From: the human T2T-CHM13v2.0 reference genome, Homo sapiens
Direction: 5' to 3' (one strand)
DNA length: 64,000 nucleotides
Assembly (NCBI RefSeq): GCF_009914755.1
Contig: NC_060947.1
Shown here: positions 40,201 through 56,277 of the stretch, one piece after another
How positions within the stretch are numbered: the stretch's first letter is position 1
Layout: each line of letters starts with the position of its first letter
Made by a program: the position numbers and the translations under genes
Notes under the pieces: generated by a model
What the model saw: only the letters and a program-made list of their open reading frames with translations
What the model was told of the DNA's origin: nothing
Database searches by the model: none

Positions 40201-41609
40201 TCTGACAAGGATCAGCAGAAATGAAGGTGCCATAGCTTCCAGTGCTAGATATAGTAGCTAAACATTATCTTCAGCAGAGATGGGAGTTCAGAGTGTCATT
40301 GTAAAATACATGGAAATACCTAATGTAAAGGAGTCTAATGAATGAAAGAAATACCAAATGAATCTTCACAGAGGGAGGTAAAAGAAAAGAAGATAAAATC
40401 AAGGCTGGTGACAAGGAATTATTAAAATAGAATATGTTATTGTATATATTTGCCTCAGAGTTTATAATTAGGAGTCCGTTGAACTCTGTTTCAGGATGTC
40501 TTCATCATTTCTTTAAGGATTTAAAATATACTGCATCTAGAAATAATCCAAATTAAAATTGATTTAATACACTCCAACACCACATTATAAAAATCATTCA
40601 CTATGACCACCTGGGTTTGATATTGGAAAATCTATTAATATCAATCACTATATTAATAGATCTAAGAAAAAAATATACCCTTACTCCAGTAATGCTAAAG
40701 TCTGGAATAAGACAGGAATGAAATTAGAAAAGATAAATTAGAGGCATAAGAACTAGAAAAGAAGAAGTAAAATTCCCTCTATTTGCAGATAACATGATAG
40801 TATACCTGGAAAACCCTAGAGAATAAATGGCAAATGTAGCTCAAACAATGAAATAATTCAACAAGCTAGCAATATGTAAATTTGACAGACAAAATTCGAC
40901 AGCCACCATATGCAAAATTAATAATGTTAAAATAGTTGGAGATTAGTTAGAATAAATTACAAAAATCTCACAAAATAAACAGAAAAGATAAAATAGGAAT
41001 AAAATTAACAGAAAATGTGTAAAACATATAAGAAATTATAAAGCCTTTCTGAAAGACACACAGAAGTAGACTTGAACAAATAGAAAGACATTCCTTGTTC
41101 TTCAATAGGACATCACAACATCATTAAGATGCCACTTCTCTCTGAATTAATTTAAATTTAATGTGATGCCAATAAAAATACCAACATGCTTTGCTATATG
41201 GAGCTAGGCAAGTTGAAACTAAGGTTAAAATGAAAAAATAATGAACAAAAATATCTGGGAAAAACACTAAAAAGGAAAAGCTATGACTAGCCCTACCAGA
41301 TATTAGCATGTACTACAAAGCCTCAACAAATAACAGTGTCAATAGCACATGAATGGACAGACCAATGGAATAAAATCAAAAGTCCTGAAATAGAACCAAA
41401 TACATATAGAATTGTAATATATAATAGAGGTGACATCTCAAATAACTGGGGCAAAGTTGAACTTAATAATAAATGGTTTCGTATAAAAGAGGAAATTAGA
41501 TGTCTTCCTCAAGCCATACACGAGAATAAACTTCAAATGAATCAGAAAACTAAATGTACCAAGGAAAACTATACAGGTACTAGAAGAAAATATTGGTGAA
41601 TTATTTTAG

Positions 41610-41937
<328 letters not shown>

Positions 41938-42785
41938 GGGAAGGACTTTCTAAGTATGACTAAAAATTCAAATGCCACAAATAAAAAGATTAATACATTT
42001 TACTATATTAAAAACTTCGCATGACAAAATCAAAAGCCAAAAGAAAACTGGAAAAAATGCATATATTGTAATGTATATCACAGATAAAGAGTTAATGTCC
42101 TTAATATATAAAGAACTTTTAAAAATTAAGTGGGAACACAGATCCTGTAGAAAGATGGACAAAAATATAAATAGACAATTTACAAAAAATATATAAATGA
42201 TCCTTAAGCATATGAGAAGATGATTGCTTTCACTAACAATAAGTAAAAGCAAATTAAAGCTATTTTGAGGTACAGTTCTCACCCATCAGATTGGCAATAA
42301 TATGAACATTTCACAATATACTCTGTTGAGAAGCTGTAGAGAAACAAGCATTCTCATACAGTGTTGGAATTTCGAAATGTTCTGAAACAAATGGAGGGGG
42401 AAATAGAAATATCTAATAAAATTACATATGCAATCCCACTTTGACCTAGCAATCTCATTTCTAGAAATTAGCCTGAAGATATATCTCCTACAATGCAAAT
42501 ATATGTACATATAAAGTTATTCATTGCAGCATTATTTGTAATTGCAAAATATTGGAAACTACGTAATAGTCAAACCTAAGATATCAGCTGGATAAACTAT
42601 AGTACATATACACAATAAAGTACTAGGCAACTAAAGCAATAATGAGGATCTCTTGATGAACTAATATTGAGTAATTTCTAAGTGAAAGCGAAGTAAAAGA
42701 ATGTTTTTCTACTATGCTGCCTTTGTGTGTAAAAGAAACTGAAATAAGAAACTGGGCATCACTTTAGCCAAGTGCTCAAAATTAG

Positions 42786-43221
42786 TATGTTTGTTTTCTG
42801 TGCTGTGTAAAAAATTACCACAAATTTAGCAACTTAACATAGCATTTATTTTTTCTTTCAGTTTCTGTTGGACAGAAGTCTGGGTATGACATAACTGGAA
42901 TCTCTCTCAGATCCTTAACACTTGACCTCCTCCATAAACTCTCTCACACTTACAATGTCTGATCTCTGGAAGGGCTTGGCCCCTTTGAAGCCAGATTGGG
43001 TAAAGTTCACCCAGGATACGCTCCTTTTTTATTAACGCAAAGGAAACCAATATGGGACTTTATTTATACTGCAAAACCTCTTCACCTTTGTTATATAACA
43101 TAACTTGATCAAGGGAGTGAAATCCACCATCTACCCGTTATTCCTAGAGTAGGGATTTTACAGGGTTTATGTACAAAGGCATGGGGATCTTGGAGCCCCT
43201 CTTTGAATTGGGCCTATGACA
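42786..43221 (-). mobile_element. MaLR solo LTR (MLT1E-like)
   Basis: 'aaattaccacaaatttagcaactt...cagaagtctggg...gaattgggcctatgaca'. Confidence 0.7.
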
Positions 43222-43624
43222 GTTAATATCACCAAAAAGGGGCAAACAGACATCTTGTGTGTGCCTCCAGATGCAATACTCTTGGCAGGATATAACACCA
43301 CTGAGAAGGATATGACAGCACTGATACAGTATTCCCACCCAAACTGTATAACCTGAATTTAGTCATAAGAGAGCATCAGGCAACACAAATCGAGGTACAT
43401 TTTATAATATAATTGGTCTGTAGTTTTAAAAAAATTTCATGGTCATAAATGATATAGAAATAATGAGAAGGGATTCCAGATTAAGAGAAACTAAAGAGAC
43501 ATGACACCCAAATGTAGTCTATAATACTGGATTGGATACCAAACTGAAAAAAAGATATTGTTATAAAGAATATTATTTGATCAATTAACAAAATTAGAAT
43601 ATGAACTACAGTTGAAAGTATTTG

Positions 43625-43978
<354 letters not shown>

Positions 43979-44555
43979 TCACTGAACTGTGGTTATATAA
44001 GAGAATATCTTTTGTTCTTAGGAAATACATACTGAAATATTAAGGGGTAAAGGAATATAATATGTACAACATACTCTCGTGGTTCAGAAAAAAATACTAT
44101 ATGTGATTGTGTGTGAAAGAGAGAGAAAGGGAAGAGAGAATGATAAAGCAAATGTGGCAGAATTTTGAAGATTGGTGAATATTTGTGAAGTGTTCTTTGG
44201 ATTGTTCTTGTAACTTTTCTGTAATTTTGAAGTTATTTCAAAATAAAAATAAAATTAACAAAAAACAAAAAATAAACTACACCTAAACATCTTAGCAGAG
44301 GGCCTGCCTGGCATATAAGTTCTCAGTAAATGGCAGTTAATAATAATATCACTATTATTACCTAATTCTTGCTTACAACTTGAATCCAATCAAATGAACC
44401 TATTTATTGCCACTACCTTGGGGGTTTTTATTGTATTTTTGGTTTAAGAATACTTAGTATTTTTGTTTAAAGTCTAAAATAATTTTATAATATAAATGTG
44501 TAGAGTAACTGGTAACCAGAATTCCTGCAAATTTAATGCCACTGCATTAATTGAT

Positions 44556-45020
44556 TGTTTTAGTTTTGGTTCCCCAGAAGCTGACCCCTAGAACCCAAGA
44601 CAAGGTTTCAAGTGCACATAGTTTATGTGAGAGGAAATACCAGGAGATGTTAGATGTGGGGAGATGAGAAAGTGAGGAGAAGGAATTGAATAAAGGGTTC
44701 ATTATTAACCAAGTTACCACTGTAGGCAAAAGGGACTTAATCCTGGTGGGGAAATCTAGGAGACAGTGTAATACATGCTTCAGACTTTGCCTGCCCAAGG
44801 AGGGATGGAGGTAGGGTATTTGTACACTGACCCCCATCGGTCATTGACTGAGGGCTTCTGGAGCATGCAAATTAAATTCTAAGCACTTCCAGACTGCTAC
44901 AGTATCATATCAGATTCCTTTAGGCAATGGGTTGCAAGAGCTGACATGTGGGAGACAGGGCTGGATGCATGCAAATGATGAATTCTGAGGGTATACTGGT
45001 AAGTGTCTCACAGAATCTGC
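44556..45020 (-). mobile_element. ERVL LTR (LTR33-like)
   Basis: 'tgttttagttttggttccccagaagc...agacaaggtttcaagtgcacatagttt...aagttaccactgtaggc'. Confidence 0.7.
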
Positions 45021-45109
45021 TGCTTTGGTGAGGCAGAAATCTGCTGAATCAGTCTCCCTGGTATTCCAGGAAGCATGTGGAGTGATTGCAGCTATAATTA
45101 TGGTGAAAT

Positions 45110-45335
45110 CTACACTGGAACTAGGTTTCTAGGAACAAACAGATCTGAACTGAATTATTATTTTTTCCAGTTGCTAGCTGAGCGACTTTGGATGAGTTAT
45201 TTGTTCGAACCTTTGGTTTCCTCATCTGTAAAATAGGGGCAGTAACAGTTTGTCTTCATAAATTTACTTTAGAATTAAAGACATTATGCATTTGAAAGGT
45301 TGGGCCTAGAAAATACTCAGTAAGTGCTAGTTTTA
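45110..45335 (+). mobile_element. MIR
   Basis: Core 'ggtttcctcatctgtaaaatagggg'. Confidence 0.75.
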
Positions 45336-45889
45336 TTATGTTTGCATCTCTTATAGTTACTATTACTTTTCACTTTTAATCAGTCTGTTAGAGATGATTG
45401 TTCTTATCTTGAACTATAAGATGCACTCCAATCTGCTAGATTAATTTGTACCTTGGCTTTAAAAAAATCTGTTTTTTTTTTAATAGCCATTGAAGACTCA
45501 GAACAATAGGGACTCCAATTTGCTACCTGTTCTTGAAAATGACAATCAGTTACTTAGGAAAGTAACTTTGAAAAATACAAAGGAAAGTCAGAGAGATTGG
45601 AACCAAATAATGAAGGTCAAGCATCATCAAAAACACAAGTTGTGAGTGACACATAAAGGGAAGAAAAATAAGCATTGTAAGGACTGGATTAGCCATGTTT
45701 AGTATGCTTTTGAAATATTTATGAAATAATCACAGTTTAACTGTTTAATTGCATGAGCTAGATTTGGTTGAGTACAAGCAGAAAACTGCCTATTCTTTCT
45801 CACTTCCTCTTTAAATCAAGTCATGGTCTTGTCCTTTCCTACCCATGAATGAAACCGAAGGCAGAGTCCATAGCTTACCAGTCTCAAAG

Positions 45890-46363
45890 TGTATTTGTTT
45901 CCTAGGGTTGTCATAAGAAGATACCATGAACCGAGTGGTTTAAAACAACAGAAATGTATTCTCACAGTTTTGGAAGTCCAGAAGTCCAAAATCAAAGTGT
46001 TGGCACAGCCATGCTCTCTCTTAAGGCTCTTGAGGGATGATTCTTCCTTGCCTCTTCTTAACTTCTGGTGGTTGCCAGCAGTCCTTCACTTTGTTAGCTT
46101 ATAGCTGCTTTACTCCAGCCTCTGCCTTTATCTTCACATAGCATTCTCCCTGTATCTCTGTGTCTTCACATGGTTATTTTGTTAAAAGGACTCCAGTCTT
46201 ATTGGATTAGGGGCTTACCCCACTCTAGTATGACCTCATTTTAACCTAATGGACTATATTTGCAATGACCTTATATCTGAAGATCACATTCTGATGTTCT
46301 TGGAATTAGGATTTCAACATATCTTCGCGGGGAGAGGGGGGGCGCATAATTCAACCAATAACA
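45890..46363 (-). mobile_element. MaLR solo LTR (MLT1C-like)
   Basis: TG...CA termini; 'ttaaaacaacagaaatgtattctcacagttttgga'; near-TSD CAAAG/CATAG. Confidence 0.85.
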
Positions 46364-47389
46364 CATAGATAATTACAGTCTAAGCCCATCAGTATTCAAA
46401 CCCTAAATCTTCTCCAAAATAAACATCCCCCCTTTCTTAGCTGAGGACCACTTTGTGCCTGAAAGGCTGCATTGGAGTGAGAGTGACCCGAGTGTTTATT
46501 TCCCTGCCCCACCTTGTTCTGTCCCTCCTCCTCTCTCTCTGACAAGGATATGACTGAGTCTTCCAAGATTAGAGTAGGTAGAAAGCGTGAGCTAAGGTTG
46601 GGAGGAAATGAGAAGGGAGAAAAGGATGAAGAGTTATTTTGATTGATGGAATTATTTTGGCTTTGGTGTCCTCTGAGGCAGCAGATTCCAAATTCTGATT
46701 CTTACTCTCATTAGGTTGTTCCCTTGCCTCCTCAGAAGCCCACTTACTCTCTACTCTAAATATCTCTCACTTGTAGCTAAATTGATGCAGGTAGGGCCTC
46801 TGACACTAATAACCAAATCTTCAGACCCTTGGTGTCTCATTCTGTTGCTTAGTTGGGATCTCTGTATCCTCCAGGCAGTCATCTTGAGTGGAACCTTTCT
46901 TGAAATGAATAAAAATTTCTTCCCCAGGATTGACACTGATCCAACAATAAATTCATGAATCTGTCCTGTGCAGCTGGGTCGATCTCATAAAGCATTTATT
47001 GGTCAAAGTTCAGCCTTAAACAGTTGTTTCTTGAATTTTCAAGAGGCAGATACCAGTGCCCATGATGGCCTTTCAGGTTTACTTTTTAAACTCTTCAAGC
47101 ATTTCTTATGGAAGTTCTCTTACTTAACTTGCAGTAAGGTGAAGCACCTCTCTTCCCTACCCCATTGACTCCCAAGAAGCGATGGGCAAATATGGAGAGG
47201 AGATTGTAGGTATTACAGGAATGCAGAGCACTAACAACTCCCTCTAAAGAAAGCCACTCTGTTGAACATCTTCATCTGTCCAAAGATTTCTTAAACTCCT
47301 ATGAACAGCCTAGCCTAGAGACATAACAGTCTAATAAAAACCTGGCAGAACTTGTCAGAACTCATCTTTTAATATTTTCTAAATGCATT

Positions 47390-48100
47390 GTTTTTAAAGT
47401 GCTTCACTGAGATATAATTCATACACTTCACCACTCACCCATTTAAAGTACACAGCACACTGTTTTTTAGTATATTCAGAGAGTTATGCAAACATCACTA
47501 CAACCTAATTTTAGAAGGTTTTCATCATTACAAAAAGAAACTCCATTCCCATTAGCTGTCACTCCTCATATCTCCCTCTTCCTAGCCGTGGGCAAACATT
47601 ACTCTACTTTCTGTTCCTGAAGATTTACTTATTGGGGACATTTTATATAAATGGAATCATATACCATGTGGATTTTTTGTGACTGATATTTTAGCATAAT
47701 ATTTGCAGGGTCATCCATTGATTGTAGCATATATCAACATTTATTTTGATTTCTAAATAATATTCCATTGTATGGATATATCACATTTTATTCATCCATC
47801 AGTTGATAGACATATCAATTGTTTCTGCTTTGAGCTAGTAGAAATAATGCTGCTATGAATGTTTTTGCACACTTTTTATGTGGACATATGTTATTTCTCT
47901 TGGGTATTTATCCAGGAGTGGAATTGTTGGGTCATATGTTAACTCTATATTTAACTCTTGAGGAACTGCTAGATTGTATTCTAAAGTGACTGTACCACTT
48001 TACATCCCCATCAGCCATGTGTGAGGTTTCCTAATTTTCAACATTCTCACCAACACTCGTTTTCGTTTTTTATTTATCATATCCACTCTATTGGGTGTAA
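47390..48100 (-). mobile_element. L1MB-type 3' end
   Basis: 'gagatataattcatac...cacccatttaaag...ataaatggaatcata...ggaattgttgggtcatatg'. Confidence 0.85.
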
Positions 48101-48147
48101 ATTGATTGTTTCATACTATCTTAGCTTATTTTCATAGATAATCCATT

Positions 48148-48505
48148 TGCTAGAGTTGGAATGTGTTCCCACAAAGTTCATGTTTTGGAAACTTGGTTGT
48201 CATTCTGGTGATGGTGGGAAGTGGGGCCTTTGGGAGGGGATTAGGTCTTGGAGGCTCCACCCTCATAAATAGATTAAGGTTGTTATTGCAAAAGTTGCTT
48301 TGCTATAAAAGCAAACTCTCTTGCATGTACTCTCTTATTCTCCTGCCCTTCCACCATGAGATGACCTTCACCAAAAGCTGGTCTCATGTTCTTGTACTTT
48401 CCAGCCTTCAGAAATTGAGCCAAATAAACTTATTTTCTCTGTAAATTACAGAGAAATTTACAGTGTGTGATATTCTGTAATAGCAAGAGAAAATGGACTA
48501 AGACA
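48148..48505 (+). mobile_element. MaLR solo LTR (MSTC/MSTD-like)
   Basis: TG...CA termini with perfect 5-bp TSD CCATT at 48143 and 48506. Confidence 0.88.
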
Positions 48506-48763
48506 CCATTGCTTCTCTTTAGGATGTGCAAATAGTTTGTGCTTGCTTTATTTTTCTGACTTACGAGCCCTCTGTTAAAACTCAAAAATCATAAGAACAG
48601 TGACATTTAACATTCAGTTAAAATGACAACAATTTGACCAAAAGGCATTAGAACTCTATGCCTAGAGTTATCGTAATACCATGTGCACAATAAAATATGT
48701 ATATGTCATAAGGAATAAAAAGTGGAGTAAACATGAGATAATCTGACTATATTCTGAGTGCTA

Positions 48764-49476
<713 letters not shown>

Positions 49477-51159
49477 TTATTCCTATGAGAACCCCACTGA
49501 ATAGACACTATTATCTTTACCAGTTGTCAGATGAGCAAACTTCCCCCAGATAATAAGATTAATACTACCTTTTTACAGATTAAGTAAAACTAGGGGGAGA
49601 TTGAGAGGATACTAAAAATATCTAATGCATAAAAATGTATAAGGTTAAGGACAATTGTTTTGCCTATCTCTGCCCAGATCTTCTCAGATCCCTTTTGAAG
49701 ATTTTTGTTGTCTACCCTCTCTCTGGTTTCTGTGCTCTCACTTTTATCAACTAGCACTAAAGGCTCTTTGTGGGGTACCATCCTAGGGCTACTGAAGCTG
49801 TACCCACTCCTCCAGGTGGGAGATCAAAAGCCTGGGAATTTCCTGTAAATTGTTGGAAATTTTCCTACTGATAAATCCTTTCATGTTTTTACTGGCTTTC
49901 CCTGGAAGCATTCTTTGTTTGGAATGAGTCACTTGTACACAAATCTTGATCTCAGGGTTAGCTTAAGGAGAACACAAGAAACAGAGAAAGGAGGATCTCG
50001 ATAAAATATTGAACTAGTACTTAGTATGTGAAGAAAATGAGTGATAGTATCAAGGTAAAAACAAGAACAGTAGAAAATTATCTTAAACCAGGGGGAATTG
50101 ACATTAGAAACAAATGGATTGTCATGATTTGAAAATGTTAGAATGGGCTATTTACTCAGAAAAAGCTTCAAACTTGCTTTCTGAGAAGACTTTATAAATG
50201 TGCATAGCTATTTTCCTGGGTTAGTTTAAATGTACTGCAGTCCTTCTGGAACTGAATAACTAAATCAGTGGCTTCCCAGAGCCTCTACAGCTCTAATAGT
50301 TGTATAAGAGCACAACCTATGGTTGTAACCAATGGTTAACAATCATTAACCTAAAAAGTAAAGCCTTTTTGATTATGCATTGTGCTAAGGGCTTTAGAAT
50401 TATTGTTAAATGGATTCAGTCCCTGCTTTTTAGGAACTTAAGAGAAAAATTTTTAAAAGTAAATAAAAGAAATCTACCGTTTATGGTGTACTACTAAGAA
50501 GCATTAAAACAAGTATGAGAATCACTTCAGAGAAACATTAATGAATTTACAAATATCAGTATTTCAGAAAAGTAATATCTACTTTGATTTTACAAATGAG
50601 ATATGTATGGACAAGAAAAATCTATTCATGACATGTCTACTCCAAATAGCTTCATTAGTATTTTTCAGGCGAAAAGAAGTAACAAAATGAAAAAGAAAAA
50701 GAAACATTACACTGCATTGAGGCAAAAGATTAAGAAATAAGTTTGTCAGAAAAATGTGAAGGTTTGATGCTTATCTTTGCAGTAATTTTAAGTAAAATGA
50801 TGAAGAAAGAAAAATGTTTGTGGTGAGAATATTAAAAAAAATTGTAGGATAAAATCCCATTATATCACTGGGGAAACAAATTAATATTTCCTGGTAAAGA
50901 GCTTGATGCTAGGATCTAGTGTCAGAAACTTTTCTTAAATAAATACTTTTTCTTCTTGAACCTTTAAACATATTTTGAACTAAGCAATTTTGAAACAAAT
51001 TTTATTCAAGTTTCTTCAAGTAATAATAAAAGGAAATAGTTATCAAGTATACAAATAACTGATCTTTAAATATATATATATATATGGATATTAGGAAAAT
51101 ATTTGAGTAGGTGGGTAGGTGTTAGAGGAAGCAGGAAAGATAAAATACACACCCTTGAT

Positions 51160-51325
51160 AAAATTGTATTATATAAGCAACTGCATATATTGCTTTTTAT
51201 TGCTTCATACAATTTTATTATATAAGCAATGGCTTTATTATATAAACAATGGCTTATATAATAAAATTATATAAACAAAGGCTTAGATAATAAAATTATA
51301 TAAACAAATTTTATAATTTTAAAAT
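51160..51325. repeat. AT-rich mosaic of direct (~29 bp) and inverted (17 bp) repeats
   Basis: Seen directly; see findings. Confidence 0.8.
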
Positions 51326-52627
51326 TGGCATGTAGAGTACACATATAATTTCCTTAAAACTGTGTTATTACTTTCCATCAATCACATGGATCATGAAGTT
51401 GTTTTCAGTTCTTCTAAACATGCTAGAAATGTGGTCAGAGACTAAAAAACAGGTACAAATATATTGTTTTCAAACTTTACCTGTGCGAGTACAGAATAAA
51501 GACATATTTGGATATGCAGAAACACTGAATATTTTCTTTCATGGCACCCTTTCTTAGAATATTATTTAATGATATTGTCTATCAGAACTAAAGAGTAAAC
51601 CAAAAAAGAGGAGAGCAGTGAAGAGAAGCTTCACAATTATAGCTATTTGTTGGGTCCCAATACTGAGCAATCTGTCCCAGTTAAAAAAGGAAGGAAGACT
51701 TCAGAATAGAAATATCTGGGTGATTTTATTCTACCCTTTATTATTTGGAACAATATAAGGAAGGAATAAATGCAGAAAATAAAAGGATAATAGAATAACA
51801 AGCATACAAGATCTCAGCACCCCCTTTTATTGGAGTAAAAGGACTACCTGATGATAAAATGCAAACAATGAAGATCAAATCAAGAGAAAACAGATCAAAA
51901 CAAAAAGTTGGGGAATGATGAATATTTGGTAAAAAAAAAAAAAACAACCTGGTGAAGAGCTGTGAATACAAAAAATACAAAATTGAAAATAAAGACTATG
52001 AGGGTTGTAGTTGTAGAACAGAATGTAAATATTATAAACTTTGAAAAAGTGAATCAATATAATAAAAATGGGAACATGTTGAAGGAGGCAAGAAGCTTAT
52101 TTTCTCTCCTTTCACAGCAGGAAATAAATCAGTCTGACTTAAAATTGAAATACTCATTTTAGAATATCATAATTGTAGCAAAACCGATTTCTTAATGCTG
52201 TTCCATATTAATTTTTCCTAAACTTCTAAAACATGTAAACTGACCATTAAGAAACTAGTAATTATTTCACTTCATATTATTTCTTAATTTATTTGCAGAT
52301 ACAATTACATTAACTATATTTCATTCAGAATATATGACCGTGTTTACTAAAATCATATTTTATCTTTATCTCTCTGTATGGATTTTAGAGATAGCTGGGA
52401 AAATAGTTACCTGATCTTTATTGTTTCTTGTCCATACTTTAATATCACTTTAATATTGATTTTTATATTAAAAATATATTATTTTGTAAAATAAACCATT
52501 AAAAAAAAAGCCAATTACTAAAAGTAACTTGAAAGTCAGTACAACTTTGTATAAAGTCCCTAGAAAACCACAAAGTAAATTTGATTTATATTATAGCAAA
52601 ATGTGTAATATATATAATCTTAAAGGT

Positions 52628-52631
<4 letters not shown>

Positions 52632-52659
<28 letters not shown>

Positions 52660-52942
52660 TGGAGACGGAATCTCGCTCTTTCACCTCAGGCTGGAGTGAA
52701 GTGGTGATCTCGGCTCACTGCAACCTCCGCCTCCTGGGTTCAAGCAATTCTCCTGCCTCAGCCTCCCGAGTAGCTGGGATTACAGGCGCCTGCTACCACT
52801 CCCAGCTAATTTTTGTATTTTTAGTAGAGACAGGGTTTCACCATTTTGGCCAGGCTGGTTTTGAACTCCTGACCTCAGGTGATACACCCACCTCGGCCTC
52901 CCAAAGTGCTAGGATTATAGGGATAAGCCACTGCTCCTGGCC
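52632..52942 (-). mobile_element. Alu (AluSx-like)
   Basis: TSD AAGGTTTTT at 52623 and 52943. Confidence 0.95.
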
Positions 52943-53248
52943 AAGGTTTTTTTTTTTTTAAAGCAATTTAGTAACCTCCCAAATTACCACTATTTCTTAT
53001 TTTACAAATGTGTAGTCTTCACCCCTCTTTTCAGCTAGAAAACAATTTACCTTAAGTGTATGATCACTGTCAAAAATGTTAGTTAACTAATAGAACTTCA
53101 ACATAAAAGATTATAAATTAAAAGCACAAAATACAATTTTGGCAAGATATAGGTCACTCGGGGATGAAGTTCAGTCTAAATAGCTGCCTTTCTTTTGCAA
53201 GATGCTTCAGATTTTGTAAACTCCTTTTGCTCTTAAAAGAATATCTGG

Positions 53249-56200
53249 TGGATTCATAGCCAAAAATCTACCAGACATGAAAAGAGAGACTGGTACCAAT
53301 TTCACCGAAACTATTCCAAAAAATCAAGGAGGAAGCATTCCTCCGTAACTCATTCTATGAAGCAAGCATCATCCTGATACCAAAACCTGGCAAGGACACA
53401 ATGAATAAAACACCCAAAAAACTACGGACCAATATCCCTGACTAATATAGACGCAGAAATCCTCAACAGAATACTAGCAAACTGAATTCAATAGCACATC
53501 AAAAAGTTAATTCACCAAGATCAAGTAGATTTCATTCCTGGGATGCAACGTTGGTTTAACATACTCAAATCAATAAATGTGACTCACTCATAAACAGAAT
53601 TAAAAACAGAAACCATGTGATCATCTCAATAGATGTGAAAAAAGCTTTCAATAAAACCCAATATTGCTTCACGTTAAAAACCCTCAAGAAACTAGACATT
53701 GAAGGAACATACCTCAAAGTACTATGAGGGTCAAAAATTGGATGCATTTCCCTTGAGAATTTGAACAAGACAAGGATGCCCCCTCTCACTGATATGGTTT
53801 GGATCTATGTCCCCACCCAAATCTCATGTTCAATTGTAATTCCCAATATTGGGGGTGGGTCCTGTTGGGAGGTGATTGGATCATGGGGGTGGAGTTCTCA
53901 TGAATGGTTTAGCACCGTCCCCCCTTAGGACTGTATAGTGAGTGGGTTTTCAGGAGATCTGGTTATTTAAAAATGCGTAGCACCTCCCCGTCTCTTTCTT
54001 CTTCCTGCTCTGCCATGTGAAGTACCTTACTCCCCTCTTGCGTTCCACCATGATTATAAGTTTCCTGAGGCCTCCCCAGAAGCAGAAGCCACTATGCTTC
54101 CTGTACAGCCTGCAGAACTATGAGCCAATTAAACCTCTTTTCCTTATAAATTACCAAGTCCCAGGTATTTTTTTATAGCAGTGCAAGAATGGACTAATAT
54201 ACTCACTACTCCAATGTAGTACTGGTGCTAGCCAGAGCAATTAGGCAAGTAAAAGAAATAAAAGGCATCCAGATTGGAAAAGAAGGAGTCAAACTATATC
54301 TCCTCATGGATGATATTATTCTACACCTATAAAACCCTAAAGACTTTGCCAAAAGGCTCCTGGAACTGATTGACTTCAATAAAGTTTTAAGATACAAAAC
54401 CAGTGTACAAAAATTAGTAGCATTTCTGTACACCAATAATATTCAAGTTGAGAGCCAAATCAAGGAGGCAACCCCATTTTCAATAGTGACAAAAAATAAA
54501 ATACATAGGAACACATCTAACCAAGAAGATGAAAGATCTCTACAAGGAGAACTGTAAAATATTGCAAAAAAAAAAAATCATAGATGTCACAAACAAGTGG
54601 TGAAACATCCCATGCTCATGGGTTGGAATAGTCAATATCATTAAAATGGTCATATTGTCCAAAGCAATCTATAGATTCCACACTATTCCTATCAAACTAC
54701 CAACATCGTTTTTCACAGAACTAGAAAAAAACTATTCTAAAATGTATTTGGAAACCAAAAACAGCCTGAATAGTTAAAGCAATACTAAGCAAAAAGAACA
54801 AAGCCAGAGGCATCACACTACCCAACTTCAAATTAACTATAAGGCTGCAGTAGCTTAAACTGCATGGTACTGGTACAAGATCAGACACATAGACCAATGG
54901 AACAGAATAGAGGACCCTGAAATAAAGCCGCATACCTACAGTCATCTGATCTTTGACAAAGTTGACAAAAATAAGCAATGGGGAAAGGACTCCCTATTCA
55001 ATAAATGGTGCTGGGGTAATTGGCTAGCCATATGCAGAATAATAATACTGGACCCCTGCCTTTCACCATGTACAAAAATTAACTCAAAATGGGCAAAATA
55101 TTTAAATATAAGAGCTCATACTCTAATAATCCAAAAAGAAAAACTAGGAAACACCATTCTGGACATTGGCCTTGGCAAAGAATCTATGACTAAGTTCTGA
55201 AAAGCAATTGCAACAAAAACAAAAATTGACAAGTGGGACCTAATTAAACTCAAGAGCTTCTGCACAGCAGAAGAAACTGTCAGCAGAGTAAACAGACAAC
55301 CTACAGAATGGGAGAAAATATTTGCAAATATGCCTCTGACAAAGGTCTAATATTTAGAATCCATAAGGAATGTAAAAAGTTGGACAAACTAAAAACAAAT
55401 AACCCCATTAAAACTAGGCAAAAGACGTGAACAGACACTTCTCAAAAGAAGACATATAAGTGACCAATAAACACATGAAAAAATGCTCAAAATCGCTCTT
55501 AGTCAGAGAAATGCAAATCAAAACCACAATGAGACACCATGTCACACCAGTCAGAATGGCTGTTATTAAAAACTCAAAAAGCCACAGATGCTAGTGAGGC
55601 TGTGGAGAAAAGGGAATGCTTATAAACTGTTAGTGGGAATGTAAATTAGTTCAACCACTGGGCAAAGTGCTTTGACGGTTTCTCAAAGAACTTAAAATGG
55701 AACTACCTTGCTCCCCAGCAATCCTATTACTAGGTATATAGCCAAAAGAAAATAAGTCATTCTCCCAGAAAGTCATATGCACCCACATGTTCATCCCAGC
55801 ACTATTGGTAATAGCAAAGACATGGAAACAACCTAGGTGCCCATCAAAGGTGGATTGGATAAAGAAAGTATAATATATATTATCTACGCTATGGAATACT
55901 ACACAGCCATAAAAAGAATTAAATGTTGTCCTTTGCAACAACGTGGGTGCCGCTGGAGGCCATTATCCTAAGTTGATTAGTGCAGTAACAGAAAACCAAA
56001 TACCACATGTTCTCACTTGCAAGTGGGAGCTAACCATTGGATACTTATGGATATAAAGAAGGCAACAATAGAAACTGGGGACTACTAAAGGATGGAGGGG
56101 TTCAAGTTTTGAAAAACGATTGGGTACTATGCTCAGTACCTGTGTGAGAGGATCGTTAAAACCCCAAACCTGAGCCTCACGCAATATACCCAGGTAACAA

Positions 56201-56277
56201 ACCCACACGTGTAGCCCCTGAATCTAACATAAAAGTTGAAAAAAATGACATAAAATTAAAAAATAATTTTGATACAG
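53249..56277 (+). mobile_element. 5'-truncated primate L1 (older L1PA/L1PB), ORF2 RT to 3' end, disabled
   Basis: 'ggattcatagccaaa...acaaggatgccccctctcac...gaccaatggaacagaatagag...aatacccaggtaacaaacc'; TSD AAAAGAA[T/C]ATCTGG at 53235 and 56278. Confidence 0.93.
53790..54201 (+). mobile_element. MaLR solo LTR (MSTA-like) inserted in L1 ORF2
   Basis: 'tgatatggtttggatctatgtccccacccaaatctcatg'; perfect 5-bp TSD CTCAC at 53785 and 54202. Confidence 0.92.

Noticed and set aside
46380-47250. Possible ancient LTR (MamGyp-like) sequence
   Set aside because: The impression is compositional only; termini and TSD could not be identified by eye.
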